From positions 6,133 through 70,132 of the IMG/VR virus record IMGVR_UViG_3300049825_001003: DNA of 64,000 bases. One strand, given 5' to 3'. Every line of letters starts with the position of its first letter. Positions within the stretch are counted from its first letter, which is position 1. The notes below the pieces were generated by a model that saw only the letters and a list, made by a program, of their open reading frames with translations, was not told the DNA's origin and made no database searches. Both the position numbers and the translations under genes were made by a program. This DNA is from a virus. Positions 55,056-64,000 of the stretch are shown here, piece after piece.

Positions 55056-55383
55056 TATTCGAACTATGGTTTACAAAGTCATATCTGACGCAATATCTCC
55101 TGGCGGTTACTATTATAAAACCGTCCAGGACGCTATTGAAGACATCGCGCGCAGGGCTCTGGAAAAGACAGTCATTAAAATCGAGAAGTCTCTTGAGAAG
55201 AACGAACATTTCGTTAAGGTCATGGAGCAGAACAGAACAAACGCATTAAGACAGAACACTGAACTGTCCAGGTTGGATATTTACAATATTTTTAGCAAAG
55301 AAATGGCAAGGTATATTCGAGAAGAATTGACTGTAGATATTAAAGAAATTGAAATTAAAATGAAGAAGAAAAAGGCCGAATAA
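55045..55383 (+). CDS. Hypothetical protein
   Basis: AAGGA RBS, GTG start; ends head-to-head with 55385. Confidence 0.6.
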   Translation: MKSNIRTMVYKVISDAISPGGYYYKTVQDAIEDIARRALEKTVIKIEKSLEKNEHFVKVMEQNRTNALRQNTELSRLDIYNIFSKEMARYIREELTVDIKEIEIKMKKKKAE

Positions 55384-55384
55384 T

Positions 55385-55882
55385 TCAGTGAGACTCTTCA
55401 GAAATCTCCAAAGGCACGTAAACAACTTCCTGATCTTCACCCACCCTTACAAACCATCCAGCACTGTCTTTAATATTCTCAAGCTCTGCAAAAGCTAAAG
55501 AGCCAGGCGGAATCATATCTGTGTCGGCTATAACTATGTAAGGGCCAGTAGCGTGAGAGTAGACTGTGTTCTTTGTTGACATGATTCTGGAACTGGCCTC
55601 AATCAGTTTCTTCTCGACAGCATATCCAGCCCATCCATTCATCACACTGTCATAACGACTTCTGGCCATAAACAAAGAAGCTTTCTTTTCTTCCTCATTA
55701 AAATCCAAACCATTTTCCCAAATCAAACCTAGCCGGAAAACTCTCTCAGTGACGTAAACAATTTCATCTTTCTCTTTAAGCAGAGAACTCGCAGCATCCC
55801 AGTCTTGTCCCATAGCCATCAGCTCGATTACTTGTTGAAGTTTCTTCTCGTGCACAGCATTGAAAATCATTCGCATCCGCAT
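55385..55882 (-). CDS. Hypothetical protein
   Basis: GGAG RBS; last gene of the portal operon. Confidence 0.65.
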   Translation of the reverse strand: MRMRMIFNAVHEKKLQQVIELMAMGQDWDAASSLLKEKDEIVYVTERVFRLGLIWENGLDFNEEEKKASLFMARSRYDSVMNGWAGYAVEKKLIEASSRIMSTKNTVYSHATGPYIVIADTDMIPPGSLAFAELENIKDSAGWFVRVGEDQEVVYVPLEISEESH

Positions 55883-55905
55883 TCTACAATCTCCGCAACA
55901 AGGCT

Positions 55906-56226
55906 TTAGCGCAAAACTATCAATCCGCTCTCAGGGTTATTCAGTACAGGACCTAGGTTTGCTTGACGTGCTAAGTGCGACTTAATCACATCAACCACTT
56001 CTTTTCCTATGGCCGCTGAGTCAACTCTCATTATAGACAGCCCTTTCTCTGCTTGGCAAATCAAAGCGTAAAGAGCTCGTTCATATTGAGTTCCGTTAGG
56101 CATCTTGGCCCATTGTTCTTTCAGGGCGACTACAGCTTCAGCAGCCTTAATCTCTTCTTGAATAGCAAACCATTCGGCATCTAAAGCCTTGATATGTTTC
56201 GGTAATAAAGCAAAAACATTATCCAT
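55906..56226 (-). CDS. Hypothetical protein
   Basis: AAGGAG RBS before ATG 56226. Confidence 0.65.
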   Translation of the reverse strand: MDNVFALLPKHIKALDAEWFAIQEEIKAAEAVVALKEQWAKMPNGTQYERALYALICQAEKGLSIMRVDSAAIGKEVVDVIKSHLARQANLGPVLNNPESGLIVLR

Positions 56227-56236
56227 AAATTCTCCT

Positions 56237-57346
56237 TTAATCTCTTTGAACGATCTGGTCATCTTCATTTACAGTAAATCCAGGCGGAATGTAAATAGGC
56301 TCACATCTGCATCTAGGGTGCATCTTTAAAGCAGGCACCCATTGATTACGCTTCTTGCCGTAATTTGTTCCTGCAGAGGCCACTTCACTTAGCTTGTAGA
56401 TTTTGAGAGTTCCGTCTGGATTGCGCGTGATTCTCTCGCACTCGTCACAGCATCTGCTGTCTTTTATACTCACCAAGGCAATTCTTATCTCTGCATCTGC
56501 AGCTCCGAACACTTCCTGCAACGCTACGTGAGTTCCTGAGGATGCTGCAGCTGAGAGTTCATTAGAAAGAAGAGTTGCAGTCTTGTCGCTGAAGTCATCA
56601 GCCAATTCAGTTAAAGCTCTCTTGGCTTTGCTTATAGATATTCTCTTACTCGCAACATCCTCAATAATCCCTTCAAGCATTTCAGTCTTTTCTTTTGACG
56701 TAGAGACCTTTTCTTTCAAGTCTGAGAGAGCGGAGTGCATTGTGGAGTGAACGTCTTGCAGGTTCTTAAGGTTCTGTTGCGCGATTTGCTCCTGAATAGT
56801 GTCGACGATTCTGTTCTTGAATTGAGAAATGCCTTGGTCGACATATCTCGAAGTCTTGCTCTGCGTGAGCTTGAGAGCAAATTCCAGAAAGTCATTTGGC
56901 ACTGCAGGGGCAAGTTTGCCTGTGAGGTAGGAATAGTAATCACGCTGAGTGTCTACTGCATTCAGGAAAGAACCGTAGACAAGTCCAGCAGGAATCTTAT
57001 TCATGAGGCCGAGGGCTTCAACCAAGTCCTCAGTTTTCTTCCCAGCCCCTTTGCCAAGGAATATCCAGCGAATGCATTCCAGATAGTCGTCAATTACAGG
57101 AAGAACTTTGTTCAAATCTATCTCGATGCGAGGAACTTCTCCAGTGTAGCCTCTGGGGAGCTTAGTAGGAATGTCGTCTGATTTTGCTAACTTCTCTATT
57201 TTTAAAGCCTTGAGAACAGCAGCAATCATTTTGTCTGAGATAAGCTCGATTGCATCTAAAGCGTTGTCCACTGCGTCTTCTATGAATTCTACGTGCTGTT
57301 GATGAGGCAAGTTTTTAGTTGTGATTTTTTCAGGAATTATTTTCAT
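56237..57346 (-). CDS. Head morphogenesis protein (Mu gpF / SPP1 gp7-like)
   Basis: DSRCCDEC...MHPRCRC C-terminal motif; near the portal. Confidence 0.8.
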   Translation of the reverse strand: MKIIPEKITTKNLPHQQHVEFIEDAVDNALDAIELISDKMIAAVLKALKIEKLAKSDDIPTKLPRGYTGEVPRIEIDLNKVLPVIDDYLECIRWIFLGKGAGKKTEDLVEALGLMNKIPAGLVYGSFLNAVDTQRDYYSYLTGKLAPAVPNDFLEFALKLTQSKTSRYVDQGISQFKNRIVDTIQEQIAQQNLKNLQDVHSTMHSALSDLKEKVSTSKEKTEMLEGIIEDVASKRISISKAKRALTELADDFSDKTATLLSNELSAAASSGTHVALQEVFGAADAEIRIALVSIKDSRCCDECERITRNPDGTLKIYKLSEVASAGTNYGKKRNQWVPALKMHPRCRCEPIYIPPGFTVNEDDQIVQRD

Positions 57347-57912
57347 GAAGGTTTCTTTTTGTTTTTGTTCTGGCGCGCTTTAAGGATAAGAGAAAGGTCT
57401 TCTACAGAGAGATCGTCACTGGTGTGTGCGATAGCTCCAGACTCTTTAGCAATGCCCTCAATTTGTTCTACACCCCAAGCAGCAGTGACGTAGATAGAAT
57501 CATCGTGCTGGTTCATGTTCAGGTCGTGCATTTGCTCCAACATATTCTGGAGAACTTCTTTACTGTCTCTGTTTGATTTGATTTGAAGGAGAGCTTCTTG
57601 TTCTGTCTTTACTGCTTGAGCAGAAGAGAGTGAGAGAGCTTCTGAGATTTCTTTGGTAGACATGGGACTGAAATCATCTCGATTTGCCATAGACCAGAAG
57701 CAATAGGAATCTTGAGCCGAAGTGCAAGCCCATGCGCAGCCAGGGAGGTCAGTAGTTTCGCGCTTCCCAAGCCTTACCATCTCTAGACGTAGGAGTGCTA
57801 AAGGACAAGCCTTTGCCGGAAGGTTTTGCAGTTTTCTCGGGCACACTTCATGGAAGCGTGATTCCTTATTCTGGAATTGCATCTGCCACTGCCTGCGTTT
57901 CGGATGTTGCAT
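57343..57912 (-). CDS. Cys-rich protein with sigma region 4-like HTH, putative transcription regulator
   Basis: CPR..CPL..CAWAC..YCFW followed by MSTKEISEALSLSSAQAVKTEQEALLQIK. Confidence 0.5.
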   Translation of the reverse strand: MQHPKRRQWQMQFQNKESRFHEVCPRKLQNLPAKACPLALLRLEMVRLGKRETTDLPGCAWACTSAQDSYCFWSMANRDDFSPMSTKEISEALSLSSAQAVKTEQEALLQIKSNRDSKEVLQNMLEQMHDLNMNQHDDSIYVTAAWGVEQIEGIAKESGAIAHTSDDLSVEDLSLILKARQNKNKKKPS

Positions 57913-58126
57913 CCGATTTCGCCTTGTTCAGTATTTTCATATAGGCTTCGTTTTGGCTTAATAAGAAAGCTACATGAGACTCTAAGGTCTCGATGCGTGC
58001 GCCAGCTGCAATGAGCATTGTTGCTACATTGTTCAGTGACTCGAATAATATTTCTACAGAGTCTTTAGTTTCTTCTTTGGGAGCTGGCTTAAAGAGTGTC
58101 GATAGCAGAGGTTGATTTGCTTGCAT
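57866..58126 (-). CDS. Small coiled-coil protein
   Basis: 86 aa in operon. Confidence 0.55.
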   Translation of the reverse strand: MQANQPLLSTLFKPAPKEETKDSVEILFESLNNVATMLIAAGARIETLESHVAFLLSQNEAYMKILNKAKSDATSETQAVADAIPE

Positions 58127-58469
58127 GTTGAATCACTTCCATGGATTGAGCCACAGTCTTATTAAACCGCACTAGCAAGAATTTTGCAAACAACTCCCCG
58201 TGGTTCGCAGCAGCGAAAGTTAGAAGCTCTGCGGACACGTGAGCTAGAACGCCCATCATAGCGCCAATGTCTTCTTTTTCTGCCTGAGTGTTCTCAGTGA
58301 ACTCATTGAGCGCATAAGTGATTTGCTTCTGGAGATGGTGAGTTTCGAGAATTGCCTGAGCTTCTGCTTTCAGGAAAAACCTTTCCTCTGTAGGAACAGA
58401 AATCTCTGCCTTCTTGAGCTCTGCAAAATAGAGAGATTTTAGATAGCTCAGCCGAGAATTATTTTTCAT
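58089..58469 (-). CDS. Hypothetical protein
   Basis: 126 aa overlapping the portal stop. Confidence 0.6.
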   Translation of the reverse strand: MKNNSRLSYLKSLYFAELKKAEISVPTEERFFLKAEAQAILETHHLQKQITYALNEFTENTQAEKEDIGAMMGVLAHVSAELLTFAAANHGELFAKFLLVRFNKTVAQSMEVIQHASKSTSAIDTL

Positions 58470-60447
58470 GCAAATCCATCCATTCTTGGAAATAGGACTT
58501 AACCGACTTCTGCATCTTTTCCCTGTACTGGTCTTTCATTGATTTTTGCTGTTGCTCTTGAGGCTGCTCTTCTTGTGCAGGGTCTGAAGGTTGTTGCTGC
58601 CCTTCTTCCTGGGGGGGCTGCTGCGCCTGAGCTTCTGCTTGTTGAAGTTGCAAGTTGCCCATTTGATTCTGCACTTGAGCAGCTTGAGCCTGTTGCTCTA
58701 CAGGGGTTATCTTGAGCTGTTGATATGCTTGGTTAAGGTTAGGGTCTGTGAGGAATTGGAATTCCGGTCTCTTGGAAGCTTCTTTATCTCCAAAGAAATG
58801 TTCTCGGATTTCTCCAAAAAACATGAAACGCCCAGGTCCTGCCCAGAATGCTTGAGCTAAAGGAGCGTCTCCAGCAAAAGGGAAAGGATCTGTTCTTTCA
58901 GATGAAGCCCAGAGAGAGCTCATTGTTGCAGTGGTCTGAAGCTCTGAGATGTTTTGTTGGATGACGGATTCTTTAGTGTCGTTTCCGATTCCGGTATATT
59001 CCAAGCGGTAAAGAGTTTTAAGTTCGGGGAAGTTCGTCCCTACAATATCATTCAAGCCATCGAATATCACGTCGAGCAATATTCTCAAGCCGCGTTCTTG
59101 GGATGCAATGAGTTCAGTTTCTTTTCCTGCTCTGCTTAAAGAGCCTCCTCCACCTTCTCCGATCGTTGCCTGAAGAAGTTCTGTAGGGGCTATTTGGAAT
59201 GCAGAACAGATTGCTCTGACAATATGATCTTCTGTTGCTAGGAATTCCATGTCTTTAGGAGTGGCATTTAGAGGAATGAATTGTGCATTTATAGAGCCGC
59301 CAATAACAGGAATCGCTGCCGAGTTATCGTTTCTTGAAACGAAGTTGTGGAATTGCTGACGGAAATCTTCTAGGTCTTCTGCTGACAGGGTAGATGATTC
59401 TGATGTAGATGTTAGGACAATCATTCCTTTTGCAGCCATACCTTTGACGAAGGTGTTTCTAAGGTACTGGAGTGTTTGCTGGTGAACGAACACCATGAAC
59501 ATTGCTAGCTCTGTAGGGGCTAGGTTATAGCCATTCAGGTCTGTGAGAGCTTGGTCTTGGTAATTCCAGATGAGCATTTCATCATCGGTAAAGAAAGCCT
59601 CATCTCTATTCTCAAGTCTTTGGACGTAAGCAGCAGGCTTGTCTCTTTGAGGTATTGAGTTATACGCAGCAGCGTCATTGAGGGAAGCTTGGGTCACTGA
59701 CTGAGTGATTGATAGATTTACAGCTTCGCCGTCCTTGATTTTATAAATCGACTCAACAGGAACTGGGCGGAACAGGATGGGGTTTCCTGCAGCGTCTTTA
59801 ATCACGTGAGTTGCACAACGACCGAAGGTAAGAAGGTTTCTTACCTGGCAGGCAATAAAAGAGTGAAGCTTGCAGTGCTTGAAGGTCTTGTCAGCGTCTC
59901 TGTAAATCTCATCCAGCTGGTCTTCATCTTGAGTTCCGCAATGAAGAGCCCACTCTAGAAGCATTGAGGTTTGTTTTTTTCGAATAGCAGACTGATGTTT
60001 GAATTGCTCGGGACTCTGGAAGTCCTGAACTTTCAAAGGATTGGTTTCGATAATCCTTAAGCCTTTGTCAAACTTAGATTCAGAAGGGCGTCCCATTGGA
60101 ATTGATTGCGCCACGCGTGTAGAGATGATGGATGAAATATAAGGATCGAGAATAGAGAGGTCTCTCAGTTCTTGATCTGTGAGCCTACGGTTTCCCTTTT
60201 GCTCGATATTCCCAGCACTACTAGAAGTTGTAGTTTTAGAAACGAAAACTGTTTTTGCTTTACCACCATTAGGAGGCTGAACATTTAGGGATTTCTTTAA
60301 ATGGTCTATAACCATGGAATGGGCAGCTTCCTGCTCATAGAACTCTTGAGCTCCAGAGAGATCTATCTTTTGCTCTGGAGAGCCAAAGGACATAGACATG
60401 CTGCTAGTTTTCTTTGACTTCTTTAAAGGCTTAGGAGGTGTGGTCAT
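58459..60447 (-). CDS. Portal protein
   Basis: VRNLLTFG, GYNLAPTE, FVKGMAAKGMI, KDMEF, AFQIAPTEL, GLRILL motifs of HK97/Twort-type portals; Gln-rich tail. Confidence 0.88.
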   Translation of the reverse strand: MTTPPKPLKKSKKTSSMSMSFGSPEQKIDLSGAQEFYEQEAAHSMVIDHLKKSLNVQPPNGGKAKTVFVSKTTTSSSAGNIEQKGNRRLTDQELRDLSILDPYISSIISTRVAQSIPMGRPSESKFDKGLRIIETNPLKVQDFQSPEQFKHQSAIRKKQTSMLLEWALHCGTQDEDQLDEIYRDADKTFKHCKLHSFIACQVRNLLTFGRCATHVIKDAAGNPILFRPVPVESIYKIKDGEAVNLSITQSVTQASLNDAAAYNSIPQRDKPAAYVQRLENRDEAFFTDDEMLIWNYQDQALTDLNGYNLAPTELAMFMVFVHQQTLQYLRNTFVKGMAAKGMIVLTSTSESSTLSAEDLEDFRQQFHNFVSRNDNSAAIPVIGGSINAQFIPLNATPKDMEFLATEDHIVRAICSAFQIAPTELLQATIGEGGGGSLSRAGKETELIASQERGLRILLDVIFDGLNDIVGTNFPELKTLYRLEYTGIGNDTKESVIQQNISELQTTATMSSLWASSERTDPFPFAGDAPLAQAFWAGPGRFMFFGEIREHFFGDKEASKRPEFQFLTDPNLNQAYQQLKITPVEQQAQAAQVQNQMGNLQLQQAEAQAQQPPQEEGQQQPSDPAQEEQPQEQQQKSMKDQYREKMQKSVKSYFQEWMDLHEK

Positions 60448-60448
60448 A

Positions 60449-61444
60449 TTAGCAAGCTCCATCAACGCTAGCGTGTTGGATTCTTAAGGAAACTGGATAG
60501 TCTCCAGGGTTATAAATGTCTAGGCGAGAAGCTGATAGGCTTCCGAAGAAAAGCGCATTGTTCTGGTCGAGTTTTATCAAGGAAATGCCCGAAGGTTGTC
60601 CGTCAGGAATAAGAGTCACTTCACTAGACGCAACCAAATAAACAAACCCAATCAGTTTTTCGTAAATGAATAACCCGCCTGCAGTGTTTATTTTGGTTTC
60701 GAGGATGCCATAGGGGCTGTTCATCTCAACATAACTATCAGTGATTTTTGAAATAACAAAAATGCCTTTATTGTCTGCACTAAAGTTCGTCCCTGAGATT
60801 TTTATAGTATCTCCAGGGCGAGGGGTTGCCGGGCTAAGGCCTGCGAATACTTTTAATACTTTTGCAAAGTCTGGACCTAGGAGAACTGAAGGTTCTTCAA
60901 TCGCATGGCCTTCATCAGCAAAGTCAATATAGTTAGCGCCTTTTGACTGAACAGGATAAGAAACGCCTTGATTTGCAGCTGTAAAGGGGGGAACTAAAGC
61001 GTCATTTGCAGCTTCGAACATAATCTGGTCGCCCGCTACCACAGATGTAGTAACTAAGGCAGTTCCTGCAATGTGCTGAAGTCTGATCGTTCTAGGGCCT
61101 ACTCGAGTTAGAAGAATTTCAGTGTCAGCTGCTACTCCCAATGCTCTTGCTGTTCTGAACTGGGGGTTGCCTCCAACTCCTGTCCACTCCATGCGAATAA
61201 TGCCTGAGTCTGAGATGGGGCGAAAGATTTGGAATTCTGCAGTGTCGACTCCAACTCCTAAAGTTCTCTGGTTGTTCAGAACCGAGACTGAAGCTTTAGG
61301 GTCGATGACAATGTCTTGCGCTTTGAAGTTGGAAAGAGGAACTCCTGTGAAGGAGTCCACAATGTCGGAAAGTCTTACTTTAGGATTTTCGAGGTTATGG
61401 TCGGAGTAAACCATCATTTTGGATTCAAGATTCAAATATGGCAT
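60449..61444 (-). CDS. Beta-rich hypothetical structural protein between terminase and portal
   Basis: 331 aa, AGGA RBS. Confidence 0.65.
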   Translation of the reverse strand: MPYLNLESKMMVYSDHNLENPKVRLSDIVDSFTGVPLSNFKAQDIVIDPKASVSVLNNQRTLGVGVDTAEFQIFRPISDSGIIRMEWTGVGGNPQFRTARALGVAADTEILLTRVGPRTIRLQHIAGTALVTTSVVAGDQIMFEAANDALVPPFTAANQGVSYPVQSKGANYIDFADEGHAIEEPSVLLGPDFAKVLKVFAGLSPATPRPGDTIKISGTNFSADNKGIFVISKITDSYVEMNSPYGILETKINTAGGLFIYEKLIGFVYLVASSEVTLIPDGQPSGISLIKLDQNNALFFGSLSASRLDIYNPGDYPVSLRIQHASVDGAC

Positions 61445-61509
61445 AAAAATGTCCTAGAAATGAAATGGCCTAGCACAATCTTAGCTTATTTTACCAACTA
61501 AGCAAGTTC

Positions 61510-64000
61510 TTAAAATTTTATCGCCATTCCTCCGGACTGCCTAAGTCTCTTTTTAGCCTGGACAGGATCTTCCACATAGGCTGAGTTCAGAGAAACAGCT
61601 CTAGGTATTTCTTGCGCATTCACAAAAGGATTCTGAATTCCATGTTCCTGGGACAGCATCTTTGCATACTGTCTTTGCCACTCAGGAATTTCATCTGCTG
61701 CAGTTTTAGCGCGCCTAGCTGCGTCTTCTCTCTGTGAAATTTGAGAAGTAGCAAATGCGATATTATCTTTTTTCAGAAACATATCAATAGCATAACGGAC
61801 TGAGTCCGGGACGTGAGTAAACTCACTGTCTTCGAAAGAGTTAAAGTCCACTCCTCCAGTAACAGTCATGCTGTGTTTCCATTTTAGTAAATGTTTTATT
61901 GCCCACTCTGATTGGTCATCTTCATTCAGCACCATGAACTGGGATTTTTGAGTGTTAGGGTCGAACATAAGTCCTCTAAGCTGGGACACTCCGGTTTCAA
62001 TGCGCGCAGGTTTCTTGTCACGGCACGGGAGTTTGTGTTTCCTGAAGTAAGTAGGAGAGGCAGCGTCTGCCATGTCAGGGCAGATCATTGCAGGAGGAAA
62101 TCTCTTTGCCTCATATTCAACAATGGTTGTTGCCCAAGTACTGTTGGAGTTTCCTGTTGCACTTCTTACGTGAAGCAACACACACCTGTCATGTTTCCGA
62201 TGGTACAGAACTACTACAACAACCGCAGGGTCTTGGTATCCCCAGTCCACTCCGAAAGTGCAAGTCCATCCTTCGGCTACTGCTTTCGCATAGATCGTGT
62301 CTTTAGAAACTATCTCAGGAGCGTCTTCATTGAACATCCATTCATGGACTCCAGAAGCGTCGCTTGAGTGTAATGACCGGCTGAAGTTATCGAAAACGAT
62401 GCCTGTGGATTCAGGTCTCCAGTTTAAAATTTGCGCGATTATTTTCTTAGGATCTTTAACGTCTTGGATCTGACTAGCAACGAACTGCCTGGATTTTAAG
62501 AACCTGCTTGTAGATTGCTGTTTAGGTGAGCGCCCTTGGCACACGACTAAGGCTGGGCAGGTTCTGCAGCCTTCATATCCTGTGCGTTCAATGTAAGAAG
62601 CGGCTAGTTCTGTAGAAGGAAGCTTGTCAAAAACTACTTTCAGGCTGTCCTTATGAATCCAGAACTTCAACCCATGAGCCCCATGGACTTCTTCCGGGCA
62701 TTTCTGCATCCAGTCGACCATAGAGTATTTGTGCAGGCGTATAGAGGTAGAACCAGCTTCAGCTTCTTCGATGATGTCCTGAACAGGGCCGTCATTTGTT
62801 TTGCGCGATGAGAGGTAGATTGTGACAGGCTCAAAGCTATGACCGCAGAGAGTTGGCGTTTGCTGCATTGCTGCTTCAGAGATAACATCCCGTTTTACAA
62901 GGTCTAATTCGTCGAATACTAAGCAATTATGGACCAGAAATCTATTTACGAAAAAGTTATGATTATCTTCCAGTTGAAAATCATACACCCAACGCGCTCT
63001 GACGGTCGGCTTCTCCCGGAAGGTGTTAATTTTGGTAATCACTTCTTTTCCTACAGTATTTTGCTGGACAGAGACGTTAGCTTTACAAGCATGGCAAGTG
63101 TGGGTAACAGTGCTGAAATAAAAAGGTTTTTTACATACAGTGCAGTCTAGAGGCTTCCTGTGTATTTTATATCTGTATTCTTCTGGCAAGAACCTAGCAA
63201 TTTTTTCAAATTTATCCATATGCTGAATGCCAAACTTTAAAAGAATAGATGGATAAGTTTTTTGTTTTTGTGTTTTCTTGTCCACTCTAGAAGTAAATCT
63301 GACCGACGCGGCATCGTATCCAAGCAGTTCATTAATCTGGTCTCTGATTCTTTCGTTTTCTTCAACCGTAAAGCTATATGTAGCAATCGAACGCAAGTCA
63401 GTAGAGCCGTCGTCCGCTATTAATAATGCCAGCATTGGATATGTGATTTTTAAATCTAGAGGTAGTATTTTTTTCCTAGTTACAGGGCAATACCACTTTC
63501 TATAAAGCTCTGATGTCAGATCATTAGCTTTACAATCAAAAGAAGTCAGATCTTCCCCTGTATATCCCGATTTCGCTTTATTGATGTAAAATTTTTCAAT
63601 AATATTGCGGGATATCATTTCTTCGCCCAAAGCAATACAGTAAGACTCGACGCGCGGGGTTTTAGTCATTATAAATTTACCACGACGTGACTCGAAGGGA
63701 ATTACGAGGTCCGGACGTCCGGACTTGTGTTTTCGTGCAAAAATACACCCATCTCCTAACATATGGCCATAAACAATATCCATATCACTGAATTCGTTAA
63801 AACTGAACTTAGGAAGAGGAGAGTAAGGAAATTCGAGAGCTCCTGGCTTAATCTCTTTTGTGTTCTTACGATCTAGCAATGATGCGCCTAGGTTTTGGCA
63901 TAAAACTGAATCGCCTTCTTTCAGGAACTGGGCTTGCTTATATATAACTGCCCCATCATACTCAACAGCCACGGGATGTTCGGGAGTTACTATTAAAGGA
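61510..64000 (-). CDS. terL: Terminase large subunit with intein; 5' end outside window
   Basis: Walker B LVFDELD, YLSS coupling motif, nuclease FGVDWGYQDP, HVPDSVRY; frame open to the window edge. Confidence 0.9.
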   Translation of the reverse strand, partial: PLIVTPEHPVAVEYDGAVIYKQAQFLKEGDSVLCQNLGASLLDRKNTKEIKPGALEFPYSPLPKFSFNEFSDMDIVYGHMLGDGCIFARKHKSGRPDLVIPFESRRGKFIMTKTPRVESYCIALGEEMISRNIIEKFYINKAKSGYTGEDLTSFDCKANDLTSELYRKWYCPVTRKKILPLDLKITYPMLALLIADDGSTDLRSIATYSFTVEENERIRDQINELLGYDAASVRFTSRVDKKTQKQKTYPSILLKFGIQHMDKFEKIARFLPEEYRYKIHRKPLDCTVCKKPFYFSTVTHTCHACKANVSVQQNTVGKEVITKINTFREKPTVRARWVYDFQLEDNHNFFVNRFLVHNCLVFDELDLVKRDVISEAAMQQTPTLCGHSFEPVTIYLSSRKTNDGPVQDIIEEAEAGSTSIRLHKYSMVDWMQKCPEEVHGAHGLKFWIHKDSLKVVFDKLPSTELAASYIERTGYEGCRTCPALVVCQGRSPKQQSTSRFLKSRQFVASQIQDVKDPKKIIAQILNWRPESTGIVFDNFSRSLHSSDASGVHEWMFNEDAPEIVSKDTIYAKAVAEGWTCTFGVDWGYQDPAVVVVVLYHRKHDRCVLLHVRSATGNSNSTWATTIVEYEAKRFPPAMICPDMADAASPTYFRKHKLPCRDKKPARIETGVSQLRGLMFDPNTQKSQFMVLNEDDQSEWAIKHLLKWKHSMTVTGGVDFNSFEDSEFTHVPDSVRYAIDMFLKKDNIAFATSQISQREDAARRAKTAADEIPEWQRQYAKMLSQEHGIQNPFVNAQEIPRAVSLNSAYVEDPVQAKKRLRQSGGMAIKF
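62926..64000 (-). mobile_element. Intein with LAGLIDADG homing endonuclease in terminase (N-terminus outside window)
   Basis: Block B VTPEHP at the window edge, YGHMLGDG and LLIADDGS motifs, block F/G VYDFQLEDNHNFFVNRFLVHN followed by +1 Cys. Confidence 0.93.

Noticed and set aside
70-63505. Many antisense and nested ORFs in the track (e.g. 17557-18126, 12246-12791, 56735-57181, 61912-62367)
   Set aside because: They shadow well-supported genes, lack RBSs and show no recognisable motifs.
1-64000. Stop-codon reassignment as in some jumbo phages
   Set aside because: Conserved genes are full length in the standard code, and TAA, TGA and TAG all end genes at sensible positions.

Overview
The window is a 64-kb piece of a large tailed-phage (Caudoviricetes, probably jumbo-size) genome. 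It uses the standard genetic code and is densely coding, with no tRNA, rRNA or CRISPR array visible. Positions 1-36.4 kb (+ strand) hold replication, recombination and accessory genes: DnaB-like helicase C-terminus, Mre11/Rad50 pair, dNMP kinase, a DnaE split into two genes, gp32-like SSB, UvsY-like protein, RecA, DnaQ-like exonuclease, primase and many small secreted or lipoprotein genes. Positions 36.3-64 kb (mostly - strand) hold virion and lysis genes: intein-containing terminase (truncated), portal, gpF-like head protein, prohead protease, repeat-rich tail fibre and GH24 endolysin, interrupted by an inverted UvsW-helicase island. Most notable: (1) at least 8 intergenic promoters match the flagellar sigma28/FliA consensus TAAA-N15-(G/T/A)CCGATAA with exact spacing, suggesting a phage regulon tied to the motile state of its host (possibly a Bdellovibrionota-type predator; inference). 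(2) Two paralogous free-standing genes are built from 23-aa 'KYG' tandem repeats, a PD-(D/E)xK nuclease and an interchangeable C-terminal putative DNA-modifying domain (methyltransferase in one, Mom-like GNAT in the other); they sit in front of ssb and recA. (3) DnaE is split without an intein, and the second half has its own promoter. (4) There is an exported ClpP-like protease and a candidate single-chain spanin with a beta-anchor. All protein calls come from motif recognition by eye; no database searches were run.
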